DNA of 64,000 nt from Octopus vulgaris (GCA_951406725.2 OX597818.1:98022001-98086000); one strand, 5' to 3'. Positions 26,755-40,955 are shown, counted from the stretch's first letter. A program made the numbers and translations. Notes: a model not told the origin generated them from the letters alone.

Positions 26755-27006
26755 TGGAGACGCGTGGCTTAGTAGTTAGGGTTTCAGCATCATGGTCGTA
26801 AGATTGTGGTTTCGATTCCTGGACCGGGTGACGCGTTGTGTTCTTGAGCAAAATACTTCATTTCACGTTGCTCCAGTCCACTCAGCTGGCAAAAATGAGT
26901 AACGCTGCGATGGACTGGTGTCCCGTTCAGCTGGGGGGAACACATACGCCATTGAAACCGGGAAACAGGGTCCATGAGCCTGGCTAAGCTTTAAAAAGGG
27001 CGCATT
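26755..27006 (+). mobile_element. tRNA-derived SINE family C (head a, tail 1), full length
   Basis: GTGGCTTAGTAG A-box, GGTTTCGATTCC B-box, tail ending aaaagggcgc. Confidence 0.88.
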
Positions 27007-27029
27007 TATTTTTTTTATATATATGAAGA

Positions 27030-27196
27030 AAAGTGTGACGGTGTGGTTAGAAGCTTGCTTCTCAACCACATTGTTCCAGGTCCAGTCCCAATGCGTGGCA
27101 CCTTGGGCAAGTGTCTTCTACTATAGCCTCAAGCCGATCAATGCCTTGTGAGTGGATTTGGTAGACGGAAACAGAAAGAAGTCCATCGTATATATA

Positions 27197-27236
<40 letters not shown>

Positions 27237-27385
27237 GTGTGCATAAGTGTCTTTGTGTTCGTGTTTTATGTCTCCCCCATCCCCACCACTTGACAATCTG
27301 TGTTGGTGTGTTTACATTCACGTAACTAGCGGTTCGGCAAAAGAGACCGATAAAATGGTCGCAGTCTAAGGACTGAAACAAGTAA
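27030..27385 (+). mobile_element. SINE family B with an internally deleted tail
   Basis: Family B homology. Confidence 0.85.
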
Positions 27386-27780
27386 GATAAACTAATATAA
27401 AGTGATATATAAATGATTATATATAGCAGGGAAATGTCACGACTGCAGAGAGTTCTTAAAAGTGATGTAATCTGACATTTTACACTTTTATTCTTTAATT
27501 CACAGCCTATGAGCTGTGGCCATACTGGGCATCGCGATCAGTATCAAAACGACGGTGCTATTTTTTTCCAGGACTCAACTTAACAGGATGTCCATGAATT
27601 CTTCATACTTTATTCCATCATTGCTATTGTTGTTTGCCCATTTACATGGAGGTGAGAACTGCACTCACGTACAACGAGAATTATTAGTGATAAAATAAGT
27701 ACTTATTAAGGACTGGAGTCGCTTTGTAATTGACCAGCTCCTTCCCTACAAATTTCAGGGCTTGTACCTAAAGTAGAAAG

Positions 27781-27816
<36 letters not shown>

Positions 27817-27826
27817 TGTTGCTTTA

Positions 27827-28100
27827 AGGCGGCGAGCTGGTAGAATCACTAGCAAGCCGGGCAAAATGTTTCGTCTGTCGCTTACGTTCTCAATTAAAAT
27901 TCCGCCGAAGTCGACTTCGCCTTTTATTCTTCCGGAATCAATGAAATAAGTACCAGTTACGCACTGAGGTCGACGTAATCGACCGGCCCCCTTCCACCAA
28001 ATTTTCCGGCCTGGTGCCTTTAATAGAGAGGATTATTATTATTATTGCTTTAGGGCGACGAGTTGGCAGAATCGTTAGCACGCTGAGCAAAATGCTTTGC
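27827..28100 (+). mobile_element. SINE family A with (ATT)n tail, plus a second head
   Basis: aggcggcgagctggtagaatc head at 27827; second head at ~28052. Confidence 0.8.
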
Positions 28101-28114
28101 GGTGACATAGGCGC

Positions 28115-28365
28115 TGATGATAAGGAGGAGGAGAAGGGGAGAAAGAGAAGGACAAGGAGAAAGAGGAGAAGAATAAGAAAGAGAAGGAAAAGGAGGAGAA
28201 GGATATGGAGACGGGAGATAAGGAAGACGGAGAAGATAAAGAGGAGGAGAAGAAGGAGAAGGAGGAGGAAGAAGAAGAAGAGGTTAAGGAGGACGAGGAT
28301 ACGGAGGTGGGGGATAAGGTGGACGAAAAGGATAAGGAAGAGGAGGAGGAGGAGCAAGAGGAGGG
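28115..28365. repeat. Polypurine (GA-rich) low-complexity tract
   Basis: Directly visible. Confidence 0.9.
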
Positions 28366-28629
28366 ATGCAGTTAAAATGATGACACGGTGTTGTTATAAA
28401 TGAATATCAAGCTTAGTCACACCTTCTGCTTGATGATAAGCTTTCTTAATCAGACTCAATAAAACTCACCAGGTGATCTGACATTTGTCCCTCTAGAGGG
28501 CGTCACTAGCGGGCTGTAAGCGTCTGCTTGTGTAGGTGGCATTCAGCTATCGGAAGGATGAAAAAACAATAACAGCAAAAATGATGAGGGCAACAACAAC
28601 AACAACAAGAAAAAATATACTGATAATAA

Positions 28630-29195
28630 TTGCTCAAACGTTGACACAAAGCCAGCAATTTTGACTTGGTTAGAGTAGTTGATACCAACTTATTTATATC
28701 AATACTGGATGGATGAAAGACAAAGTTGACCCCGGCAAGAATTGAACTTGGAACGTAAAGAATTAGAAAAATATCGTGAGGAATTCTGTTCAACAGCAAC
28801 AACAATTTCTCAAGGGCTCAAAGAAAACAAGAACAAAATATAAACATAATAATAATAATTTCAAGGCCTGAAATTTGTGGGGAAGTGGGGGTTAGTTTAT
28901 TGCACCGACCCCCAGTGCTTGACTGGTATTTAATTTATTGACCATGAAAAGATGATAAGTAAAGTAGATCTCGGCGGAATTTGAACTCAGAAAGAAAAGT
29001 CAGAAGGAATGCCGCTAAGCATTTTGCCAGGGGCGGTAACAATTCTGCCAGCTCAGGTACAATAATGCTTCGATGTGAGGATATTAGTCAATGCCATCGA
29101 TCCAAGGACTTGACTGATACTTCACTTTAATAGTCCTGAAAAAGATGAAAGGAAAAGTCGACGTCCGTGTAATTCGAACTCAGAACGTAAAGAGC
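28630..29195 (-). mobile_element. Cluster of three diverged SINE family A copies
   Basis: Repeated gatgaaag..aaagt.gac..gaa(c/t)tcagaac blocks at ~28710, ~28950 and ~29145. Confidence 0.7.
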
Positions 29196-29446
29196 TCTTT
29201 TATTCTTTTAATTGTTTCAGTCATTTGACTGCGGCCGGCCCGGCCATGTAGGAGCACCACTTGTAGTCGAGAAAATCGCCCCCCAGGACTTATTCTTTGT
29301 AAGCCTAGTACTTATTCTATCGGTCTCTTCCACTGAACCGCTAAGTTACGGGGACTTAAACTCACCAGCATCGGTTGCCAAGCGATGTTCGGGTGACAAA
29401 CACAGACACACAAACATATACACACACGTATATATATACATATATA

Positions 29447-29523
<77 letters not shown>

Positions 29524-29668
29524 GATGGGCTTTTTTCAGTTTCCGTCTACCAAACCCACTCACAAGGCTTTGGTCGGCCCGAGGCTATAGTAGAAGACAC
29601 TTGTCCAAGGTGCCACGCAGTGGGACTGAACCCTGAACCATGTGGTTGGTAAGCAAACTACTTACCAC
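29195..29668 (-). mobile_element. SINE family B with an expanded internal (TA)n
   Basis: Family B homology. Confidence 0.9.
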
Positions 29669-29998
29669 TGCAGAGCGTTTTGTCCGATGACCTAACGTTT
29701 TCGCCAGACTCTGCATTGAATTCAATCAAATTTCTTCGACCACCTCCCTCCGTCAAGCAATTAAAGAGATCACACATGGCGCTAGACGAACTCACTTTAC
29801 CCGATATTAAGCAGCCATGAGGATAATTTATGATTGTATGTATCGGATATTGGAGTTATAGATTAAAAGATTCCATGACAGCAATTATTTATTAGTTAAT
29901 CTAAACCGAAGATCTAGTTTGTATACTTTTAGACAGCAACAGACGTTGCTAGCATACTATTCGCTTCTTCGCCAACTCTTTTTTCATAATCACTTTCA

Positions 29999-30724
29999 AT
30001 GATGGCAGTGGTGGTGTTGGTGGTCTCGATGGTGGTAGCGGTGGTGGTGGTGGTGGTGGTGGTACTAGTAGAGGTAGTTGTTTTTGTTATAGTAGCAGCA
30101 GCACCAGCACCAGTAGCAGCCGTCCAAGAATTTGGACCTGGAGATTTCCATTTCCAGCGACTTCGAGGGCCACCTCCCAGTGGTGTCGGGCGTCAACGAA
30201 GAGCCCTCGACTACAACAAGACGACCAAAGTTTTTTTTTTCCAAGGTCTGGGATCTCCTGCCCCTAAATCCTAGACCATCACCTAATCACCCTTATCCGT
30301 CTTGTTGCTTAACAACAACAACAGCATCAGTAGCAACAGCTGTAGCAGCACCTTCACCAGCTGTATCAATAGCAGTAGCAGTAGCTGTAGTAGTAGTGGT
30401 GGTGGTGATGGTGGTGGTCGTCGTCGTAGTAGTAGTAGTAGTAGTAGTAGTAGTTGTTGTTGTTGTTGTTGTTGTTGTTGTAGAAGTAGTAGTAGTGTTT
30501 AGACCCCGGTGTGACACCCATCTAGCAGACACACTATCAAATGCATTTCAGCCGTGACCATTCCATCTTTTTAAGGTTATCTAGTTCTCCGCAATACAGA
30601 TAAATATAGTGGATAAATTGAAGTGGAAGCTACACCTTTTGTTAAAATACAATTTAGACTCGCCATGGAATATATAAAACAAAGAATTAAATAATAGTAT
30701 CAATAATAGTCATGATGATGATAG

Positions 30725-30789
<65 letters not shown>

Positions 30790-30971
30790 GTGGTGATGGT
30801 GATGGTGATGGTGGTGATGATGATGGTGATGATGATGATGGTGATGCTGGTGATGGTGATGATGATGATGGTGATGATGACGTCGATGACGACGATGATG
30901 ATGATGGTGATGACGACGTCGATGACGATGATGATGATGGTGATGACGATGATGAAGATGGTGATGATACT

Positions 30972-31002
<31 letters not shown>

Positions 31003-31005
31003 ACT
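29999..31005. repeat. Trinucleotide repeat field: (GGT)n, (AGT)n, (TGT)n, (GAT)n
   Basis: Directly visible; source of the poly-V/poly-H/poly-M pseudo-ORFs. Confidence 0.9.
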
Positions 31006-31324
31006 ACTTCCGTCGGTTTCGAAGTGTGCGTGTTTGAAGGAAGCGATTACAAAAAAAAATGAGGGGGAAGATTGAAAATAAAAGAACTTGCGTCTATTTG
31101 TGATGGATGCATGAATGTAATTTGGCCATACGAACAAATTTTCAGAATGCGATCAACCTTCATTCGAACATATCTTACCACCTGCAGCGAATTCTCAGCA
31201 GCATGCTTTTTTTTTTATTGTAGATATCGCATTTTTCTAAAATTTTGGCATTTGATATCTTATCTTGCCACTTTATGTTGCAGATATTGTGCAGATGACA
31301 CATGTAAAAAAAGGGTTTCAAGTT

Positions 31325-31665
31325 TCTTTATATGTCTGTAGTAGAGAGTTCATGCTTCTGCCCCGTGCAAAAGTGTACACAAAATACAAGATCTGTACAC
31401 AGCTTAGTTTTTAAATAGACATCCCAGTGATGATGGGAAAGTTTCCCAGAATCACTTGTAGCTTTTGTTATTCTAACATTGATTTCATCATCAAGAGTAT
31501 TCTTAAAGTCCTGTTTAGTTCCAGTGGTGACAGAAAACGCCTCTGAACATTGATTGTTTGATATTGTTGCCATCATTCCTTCCTTACACAAAGATATCAT
31601 TATCCTTATCATTTCATTCTTCCAGGAAGACCAACCTCTGACAAAATTTTTCAGAGTGCCTCACG
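31325..31665 (-). mobile_element. RTE-clade LINE RT fragments with an internal deletion
   Basis: EGMMATIS..SEAFSVTTGTKQ joined to TLDDEINVRITKATSDSGKL..KTKL. Confidence 0.7.
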
Positions 31666-31989
31666 ATTCACAAATTTTTCTTAGCAGTTTTCTTAGAGGA
31701 CGAGTATAAGGATCTGACCGATAGTGAGTTTTTATTTGAGATCCATGCCTTGAGTCTTTTGCGCATAGTTTTTAGGTGAGATTTGATTAGAATCATTTTC
31801 ATCGAACCAATCTTGAGGCTTGCGTCTGAGGAATCCCAGAACTTCAGCAGATGATTTGATGCTGTCTCAAATATTATGTCATAAAACTTCAGGATCATTG
31901 CTTTCCTATATATTCTCAAGCTTTTAAAAGTTCATTTGTCGTTTTCGAATATTTTTAAAAGACACACTTATTCTCGTGGGTATGTTGGA

Positions 31990-32970
31990 TCTCAATGGCC
32001 TCTTTGTATATTAGTGCTGCCCGAGCCATAGAAGCGATCTGCCTAAGGTTTGGGAGGCGGCACAGGTTGCCCAGAAGATGTGCTCATCACGTTAAAGTTG
32101 ATGAGGAAATGCGAGCCAAGCTTCAGGTGATTATTGATGCTAACCCACTCGCAAACCTTCAACAGGTGAAGAGGGACTTAGAGGCAGCATTTCCCGGAAA
32201 GCCGCCTGTTTCCGTATCTGCAATCTCACGGGTTCTAGATGGGATGTTGATAACTATCAAGTTGGCAGAAGACGTAGCATATGCAAGAAATTCCCTAAGA
32301 ACTTTGGAAAAGCGTTATGAGTACGCGCTTTTTTCATGGAAGAGGGTGTTGTTGGCCATTGCGGATTCATTGATGAATGTGGGCACAACATTTGGACCAG
32401 GTGGTTTTTTGGATCAAGCCCCTTGAGGCGTTCCCGTTCGACGAGTTGTCAACGGTTAGCGTGGGAAAAACCGCAATGTTACTTTCGCGGAGTCGTGAGA
32501 AATCGGCTTTGTTCACCACTCCATTGTGAACGATACCGTTCGAGGATTCTTGGCAGAAACAGCTCGATGATGTGTCGACATGTTCCCAGCGGATGAATCC
32601 GTCTACTTGGTCTAGAACAACGCGCAGCCACACGTTCGTGCCGATCTCCCAACTGATGCCGACCTACGTATCAGTCTGAAACTCCTGTCTCCCAACTCAC
32701 CGTTTCTGATTTGCACGGAAATGGTGCATTCTGCTTTTAAGGCGGTTGTCAAGCAGGACCTCGCTCGAACTGAGTTGCAGCAAAGGGCTGGCGACCGGGT
32801 AGCTGCAGAAGAAGACGGCATAATCATGGAAAAATGGCGATCACATGTCATATAACAGGTCGCAAGGTCTAACATCAACGCTATCACACTAGAAAATTGT
32901 GTTCGTTTGTATAGACACATCCAGAATTACCTCCCGAGATGCCTCGGCCGCCAGGAAATAGACGGCTTAA
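31990..32970 (+). mobile_element. IS630-like (Tc1/mariner superfamily) transposase pseudogene
   Basis: VSVSAISRVLDGMLITIK..RNS..FIDECGHNIWTR..RGKNRNV..NAQPH..LSPNSPFL..E across frameshifts. Confidence 0.75.
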
Positions 32971-33624
32971 TCCTCTCAAACGAACTCTCCTTATCAAGAC
33001 TGTAAATCAATAAGTATCTTAGTGTATATAGCACCCTTTCCCCGATGAAAGAAAAAAAAATTCGAAATCAAAGAAATATATTGTTTTCCTAAGAATGCAT
33101 ATTTTGCAAAAGAAGGACATATCACAACATAATGTATTCAAAATCAAAGAAAATGAGCATTTGTTGTAATTGTGAGTTTCTTTAAAAGGATTCAAAAGGC
33201 TGGAATGTGATTTCATGAAGTCTTTAACAATAAATGTTCCTATGCAAAAAATAAAATACATAGAAAAGACATGGGCACGATAGAATTCTTAAAGCATAAA
33301 CAATGGATGAAAACACAGGATTTAGATAACAGTGATCATGAGATAAAACCAAAACAGCAACCGTGCTAATCTGATTGCTCGAAGTGGTAAATAGATTGCT
33401 CCGAAACGAATTTGAATACTCAAAAAGATGCTTCCTCGCATTGCCACTAACTTGAAAATAACGAGCATTTTAATTTGAATGATGCAAACGAATTCTTTGA
33501 CCGAAGTGCGAAATTGAATGACTAACTTCATGGCGCTAATATTTTTCGCGACTTTCAATGACCGGATTATCAAATTCACTGACAAACGTACGAAAATGAC
33601 TGCAAAAACCTATAATAATAAATA

Positions 33625-33637
33625 TATACTGCTGCTG

Positions 33638-33695
<58 letters not shown>

Positions 33696-34012
33696 CGCCA
33701 CCACCACCACCACCACCACGATGGTGTCATGGTCAGACAAGGTGATTCGGCTCAATTGCTTGCAACAAAGAGAACTTGATTAAAGGTACTCAAGAGCCTG
33801 GGTGGCTGTGTTCCCACCGCCGCCACCACAACCACCACCACCACCACCACCACCACCACCACTACCAACACCGCCGCCGCCGCTGCCGCCGCTGCCGCTG
33901 CCGCCGCTGCCGCCGCTGCCGCCGCTGCCGCCGCTGCCGCCGCTGCCGCCGCTGCCGCCGCTGCCGCCGCGCGCCGCTGCCCAACTACTACTACTATTAC
34001 TACTACTACAAC
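33625..34012. repeat. (CTA)n/(CTG)n/(CCA)n and (CCGCCGCTG)n repeats
   Basis: Directly visible. Confidence 0.95.
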
Positions 34013-34763
34013 AATTAGAATCTAAAAGAGTGAAGTAATACCAAAATGTATCTTTCCCGATTCTTTACCAATTTTGCCACCCCATCGCGCTGAATTATCA
34101 TTTTATTACATCGACCCTGAAATGAGGAATTGCAAAGCTGACCTCGGCAGGATTTGAAATCAGAGTACAGATATCCAGAACAAGTACTTAAGGACATTTT
34201 GTCAAACGCTCTAATGATTCTGCCAGTATATCATAAGATAACTTCGATGATGTTAGATTTCCTATAGAAACCCGACAAAATATGCCAGGCTAATTAGGAT
34301 AAAATGCTGTTTAAAGTATAAAGGGCCACACGTATAGAGAGAAGAGGTGGGCGAGTAAGATTTTGACAACTGCGGTTCTGAGAAGAATTGGAGAGAGTAG
34401 AATCTTGAAGAAGGGGTAGAACAGTTAGCGACTGTAAAAGGAGAGATAAGGTCATCGAGTAGGTTTAGGCAATGCACACACACACACACACACACACACA
34501 GATACACACACATGCAGAAAGAGAGAGAGAGAGTGAGAATGAATGTATGCATATATATGTGTAATTCAGTGTGCATACATACACACACGTATGTTTGGAT
34601 ATGTTAGGGTTGTTGTCAGTAAGTTCATAGACACAGACAAGACTGTAATTCGAGAAGAAAAAGACGGGGGACCAAGATCAATGGTGGGGAAGAAGCTGTT
34701 AATAAGTGTAGGGCTTGTCTATAAGGCAGACGGCTTGACTCTTGGGTGCAGTGCGAAATGACG

Positions 34764-34833
<70 letters not shown>

Positions 34834-35484
34834 TGTGTACGTGTGTGAGTGTACAAGCATGGCAGCGCCCTTTAGGGGCTCACTACGTATTCATGAAGTT
34901 TGGGGTTCGATCCCAGTGCGTGGACCTTGTGTGCGTTTCCTTTATCATGTCTCGTGAGTGAAAGCGGATAAGCAGAATGTCGGATGGAATATACCTCTGA
35001 CTCGAAAGTTTCTGCCTCGTCTTACATAGTGTCGTGCTGATTCTGTCTGAGAGTTAAAGGTACACGTGTCTGTGAATCACTCATCCACATAAACTCTAAA
35101 TTCAGTTCAGTTGATCGAACAAATAGATTACTCGTCATCGAAACCGACAAAAAGACATGGGAAATTTCACAGGGATGCCTTCTGCAGGAAAAACACATAT
35201 AGTTAGATGGGATTATCATACTTTATGTCTAAAGTCTTGGTCAGTATGAGTAAAATAATGTTTCGCTGTGGAGGCCTTATAAGGTAGAAACGTGCCTGGA
35301 GCTTTCACCCGTATTTATCAGAGATATAACTCATTCGACACTGCATGCATTCAATCTTAAATCAATGTGAATATCAGTATTTTTTCCTCTTGCTATTAGC
35401 AAAGATAATCATTATTGCGAATAATTTTTCTCTTAATTACGGATGTTATGTTTATTGATTACTACATTTAATATGTTTGCCATT

Positions 35485-35870
35485 TAACTCAAAGCCCTTC
35501 GTTCCCAATGGAGAATAGGCCATCGACAAGTTTTCTCCATTCTTCTCATATCTAGATTGCCTCTTTTACTTCTCTTATGGGTTCCATGTGAGGACCTGAC
35601 ATGTCACTGAGAACAAATCTTCTTCTCCCAGATTTTGTTGACTTTAAATTGTCATCGACGATTGTGTTATTTTCTCTTCTTTCAAAGTAGACATCTTTGC
35701 CCTAAGCAAAGTCATTTTACCACCAGGAAGAGTAGGTCCGTATTAGTCTGGTCTCTATCATTTCACCTGTCCAGCTTGAGGAGCCCTAGAAGAAGCTTGC
35801 ATTCCGCTGGCATATATCTCGTGGTCGTTGAAGCAAACAAGTCACTACACCGCAACAAGGACTGGATCTC
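35485..35870 (-). mobile_element. Probable short non-autonomous RTE-derived element
   Basis: The 3' part on the minus strand reads EEWRKLVDGLFSIGNEG, like RTE C-termini; the 5' part resembles an RTE UTR. Confidence 0.4.
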
Positions 35871-36667
35871 CTAGTTGAGGTCTGCCCCCATTTTCTTATA
35901 AATTGTTTTGGGATATGGTTTGATCTGGAACTTTATGTGAACAAAAACTGAGATGCGATAACGGACTGGGGAATCTCACCTTGAAAAACAATTAAGAAGT
36001 GATGAAACATACTTCTTTTCAGTGATTTACTATCGCCTGAGGTTCTTCTCTTGGAAGATGTCTCTTTAAATCACAGTGCTTTCCCTTCCAGTTTGGGGGA
36101 AGAGAAAAGTAACATTTTCAAAAGGTAGATTTACTGCCAGCAACGACCCCACGGAAATCTCAGTAACACATCGTTACAGTTAGACAGCCATGTAATAAAG
36201 GTAAGCCATTTTCAGAGACTGATATCAAAATGTACCTTAGTAATCCTTTCCAAAAGAAGAACAATTGCTAAAAGTTTCATGGAATGCTCCGATTTAGCCA
36301 AATGTTTTATCACGTTTGATTATTAAATTTTATATTATTTATATATATATATTTAGCTGCAGACGTAACTACATGGTAAAAATTTTGCTTCCCAAACACA
36401 TGGTTCCAGGTTCAGTCCCAGTTGCATGAACTAAAAGTTGGAGGAGGACGAGATGAATTACCTGCATCTGCTTGCTATAAAAATAGGTAGTAATTTTGGA
36501 AGAGATGCCTTGCAGGTCTAACAGTTAGATGGAAGAGCATCGTAGAAAATGAAGGAAAGTATATTTTAGTTTAATAAAGAACGTTATCTTACTTTTGAAA
36601 AATAAAATAAGTATAAAAGACCGCATTATTTATGGGATTACCAAAAATATATGTGTGTGTGTATACA

Positions 36668-36698
<31 letters not shown>

Positions 36699-36821
36699 GT
36701 ATATATGTATATAAAAAATTCAGGGTGAATACTTGATAACAGTAAGCACCTGTATACGCCAGTTAGTGGTGTAGGTGATAGGGTATATTTATCAAAAGAA
36801 AAACAGGATGCAAAGGAATTA

Positions 36822-36905
36822 GCGGTACATATGTTTCTGGCTTTATTAAACAGTTTATATCAATGCATAATTGATGTAATATGTATGTCAATAGCCTTCA
36901 GCCGC
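36822..36905 (-). ncRNA. Degenerate hammerhead motif with long stem II, in a (TA)n-flanked insert (~36710-37028)
   Basis: GCGG-CTGAA[..]-GGCT..AGCC-A-GAAAC-ATAT-GTA-CCGC. Stem I and palindromic stem III are intact; the core is incomplete. Confidence 0.5.
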
Positions 36906-37050
36906 GCACAATTACCACACCAAAGACATGTATTACATTATAAGTTTGGGAAGCAAATCCTTATAGTCGCATACAGCACAGCGAGACACCAAAACAAAAA
37001 CAAAGCATCCATACCGTCTTTCACTCGATATATATATGTATATATGTATA

Positions 37051-37095
<45 letters not shown>

Positions 37096-37321
37096 GTGTG
37101 TGTGACTTTGTGTTTGCGTTTGCCCCTCACCACTGCCTGAAACCGGTATTGGTTTGTTTACGTCCCCGTAACATGGTGGTTCGGCAAGAGACCTCTAGCA
37201 TAAGTACCAGGTTTTAAAAAGTAAGTACTAAAATCGACTCGTTCGATCAAAACTCTCCAATATGTCCTACTGAAATCATCTTCGACTTTTCATCCTTCTG
37301 GAGTCAACAAAATAAAGTAAA

Positions 37322-37556
37322 TGATGGTCCAAAAGTCACAAGACCATTTTATAATATACTCTTTAACTCTTTTACTTGTTTCAGTCATTTGACTGTGGCC
37401 ATGCTGGAGTACCGCCTTTAGTCGACCAAATCGACCCCAGGACTTATTCTATCGGTCTCTTTTGCTGAACCGCTAAGTTACGGGGATGTAAACACAGCAG
37501 CTCGGTTGTCAAGCGATGTTGGGTGAGGAGGGACAATCACAGACACACACACACAC

Positions 37557-37596
<40 letters not shown>

Positions 37597-39026
37597 GATG
37601 GGCTTCTTTCAGTTTCCGTCTACCAAATCCACTCACAAGACTTTAGTCGGCCCGAGGCTATAGTAGAAGACACTTGCCCAAGGTGCCACGCAGTGGGACT
37701 GAACTCGGAACAACGTGGTTGGTAAGCAAGCTACTTACCACACAGCCACTCCTCCGCCAATAATAATTCTTTTACAATGAAGTGTTTCAATTTTGTTTTG
37801 TTTTGTTTTAGATTATTGGCATAGTTCTTGGAAAATAATCATGGAGAAATTCCAGATAGGAACGCGTAAAAATAATTGAATTTTATCTACAAAATCAACG
37901 ATCAGTCGAGCTAACTCATAGAGCTTACATTTGTCATTGCTTTAGGCGGTGGGTTGCTGGAGAGGGTCAGTAACCACCATCTAAACAAGTGGTACTTATT
38001 CTGGCGATTAAAACAACAGGAAGCTGTGATGGATTTACTATGTGCGGGAAAGCTACGTGCAAGGAGGTGTCAGGACAACATTCGGCGTGTACAGCGGAGC
38101 ATTGAAGAAGAGCTTTCAACATCAACCCGAAGGTGGTTCCAGCAGCTGGGAATGTCTCCATCCTCATTACAGAGGATTCGAATGATGTTGAATTTCTTCC
38201 CGTATAACGTGCGGCTAGTGCAGGAGCTGAAACCAGCAGATTATCGAGAAAGATTAGTGTATACTGCTCAGATCTAAGAATTGGCAAGAATGTGATTTCA
38301 TTCACGATCTCATTATGAATGATGAGACTCGCTTTCATTTAAACGGTTTTGTCAATACAAAATATTTGATTTTAAGGGAGAGAAAGCCCAAGAGTATCCC
38401 ACCAGCGTGAGTTGCACCAGGTGAAAGTAACAAGTTGGTGGTAGAGCAAGTGTGGAAAGAGTTCTTGGTCCTTCTTTGAGGATGAACCAGAAAACGCACT
38501 GACCGTTACTGGAGAAAGTATCGGAACATGTTGCTACATTTTGTGCGTCCTGCAGTTGAGAACATATCAGAGGTATGGTAGCAGTACGATGGGGATGTCC
38601 ATCTTAACGATAGAATTCTTAAGGCAAGTTTTTGGAAGAAGGATAATTTCGAGAAAGCCTAAATTCAATTGGTCTTCTTGTTCACCTGATTTAACGGCTC
38701 TAGACGTTTTCTTGCGGGTATATATGAATGACAGCGTATACAGCAGCAAACCTCAGACCATCCAGCAATTTAAAATCAACACCCGGAAAGAAATTGAAGA
38801 AATAAGCCAAGAAACATTACGAATGGTATTGGCTACCTCCTTTAGAAATGCTCGCTAGTGTTAAGAACAAAACGGTGGCCATTTGAAGGACGTCAATTTC
38901 AAAACTGATTTTAAAATGTTTCCAAAAAGTGTATTTATTGTTCATAAAAGAATAGATGTAAATATTTATTAAATAAAAAGGTTATTATATATTGAAAGGT
39001 CTAGTGACTTTTGGGCCACCCGGTAC
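37322..39026 (+). mobile_element. DD41D (rosa-like) Tc1/mariner element with a decayed transposase, interrupted by SINE B
   Basis: TIRs ggtccaaaagtcacaagacc / ggtctagtgacttttgggccacccggTA. PYNVRLVQELKPADYRER, DETRFHLNGFVN, WSSCSPDLTALDVFL. Confidence 0.85.
37360..37757 (-). mobile_element. SINE family B
   Basis: Family B homology. Confidence 0.9.
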
Positions 39027-39344
39027 TAGTGAAGTACGGAGGTTGATGTACTTTACTAAACCACTCCACGAAAAAAAAAAACCTGCTGGTTTTGTGCTTA
39101 AACTGAAGCAATTATCATTGATACAGTTGATGTAGTTGTTGCTATTGCCTTAGTACTAGTTCTTGTTGTTGGTATTCTCGTAGCAGTAATGTTAAGGACA
39201 TGGATGTCATGATGTTAGTTTTGTTAACAATCATCGTTAGCAGTAGCAATTCTCATACATTTCTCACACAATGTCTCTCCCTCTGCCTTCTCTGTATATA
39301 TATGTGTATGAGTGTACGAATGTTTATGTGCTCATGTTTGTACG

Positions 39345-39423
<79 letters not shown>

Positions 39424-39944
39424 AGAACACGCATACACAAAAACACACACAGAGGTAGATAACGGCCCAGATGAAATTATGTTAAACTAAGAAGTCAGTG
39501 ATGTAGGAAGGGTATTCCCAAGGGTGGAAGACGCGGTTAGAGAAAGAAAGGGTCACATGTGATGCTGAGTGCAGAGATGGAAGTCTAATGATATACTGTG
39601 TAGGATGTAACTGTTGTTATCTCTTACTCCCTCCTCTCCTTCCTCCTTCCTCTTCACACTCCTCCCACTCCCCCTCTTCTCTCTCTCCCCGTCTTTCACC
39701 ATTTCCCATTGAGTTCAGTTGTAATCTGTATTTAGCAGAAAACTAAAATAATAAAAATTAATTTCTCACGCGAGACCCCTATTTTCAATGTGATTCTTTT
39801 ACTTTGTTATGACACACCTCTTTGAGATATTTCTTCACAATCCTTTAACAAACAACCATGCACACACACACACACATATATATGCATATACATCTATGTA
39901 TGTATACATATCTGTGCGCGTATATATATATATATATATATAAT

Positions 39945-40924
39945 TTTAATCCAAACGGGAAACAAAAAAACACAACAACAATGGAACAATTACAGTATTA
40001 TTATTAATAGGCGCTCAGGAAATGGAAGCAGGGAGGTATGACGTTTCGAGCGGAGCTCTTCGTCGGAAACATAAAGAAGGAAGAGAGAGGAAAGAAAGAT
40101 CCCAGAGCGGGCAACAGGGATAGAGAAAAAAAAAACGACTGGTGTTTACGAGTTACACATGGTGAAAGGCGGATGTTTACGATAACAAGAGCAAAGTGGG
40201 TTTTTAAAGGCAAAAGAGTGGAGACAAGGTTGGTAACAGCAAATGTGTGTGTATGTGTGAGTGTGTGCGTGTGCGTGTGTGTATGTGTGTGTGTGAGGCG
40301 AGATAAAAAAAACAAAAAATATATGTATGTGTTAGTGTGTGCGTCTGTGTGTAGGCGTGTGAGGTAGGGCGAGACGGTGGTCAGCATAGCAGACAAAGGT
40401 CAGTAGTAAGAAAAAGAAGGAAGGAGGAAGGGAGGAAGGGGAAGGGGTGGGGGCGTATGTAGCGTGCCAGCGTGTGTTGAGTGGTAGTGTGTGTGTGTGT
40501 CCAGTGTCGTGGTAGTATTAATGGCGAGTAGATTGAATGTGTGTAAGAGTAATGTATATATTTAAGCAATGTGTGTATATGTGTGCGCGTGTGTGTAACG
40601 AAAAAGGGGGGTTAAGGAAAAAGGACTCCAGCTGAGGGGAAGATGGAAGAGTGGTCACGCGGAGACGGGCGTGGGAAAACCCAACGACAGCGACGGTCCC
40701 AGGAACGGGCGGGAGGTCTCGTCGGGTCCAAGAGCGAGGTGCATGCGGCGCGTATGCGTGCGCGAACCGGCGCAAGCGCGTGTGTGCGCGCGCCTGCGAG
40801 CGTGCGCGTAAGTATGTATGTGTGTGGATGTGTGAGTGTGTCTGTGTGTATGTCTGGGTGGCAGTGTGTCCGATGAATGTATGTGAGTATGTGTGTATAT
40901 ATGTGTGTGCATAGATGTATGTCC

Positions 40925-40955
<31 letters not shown>

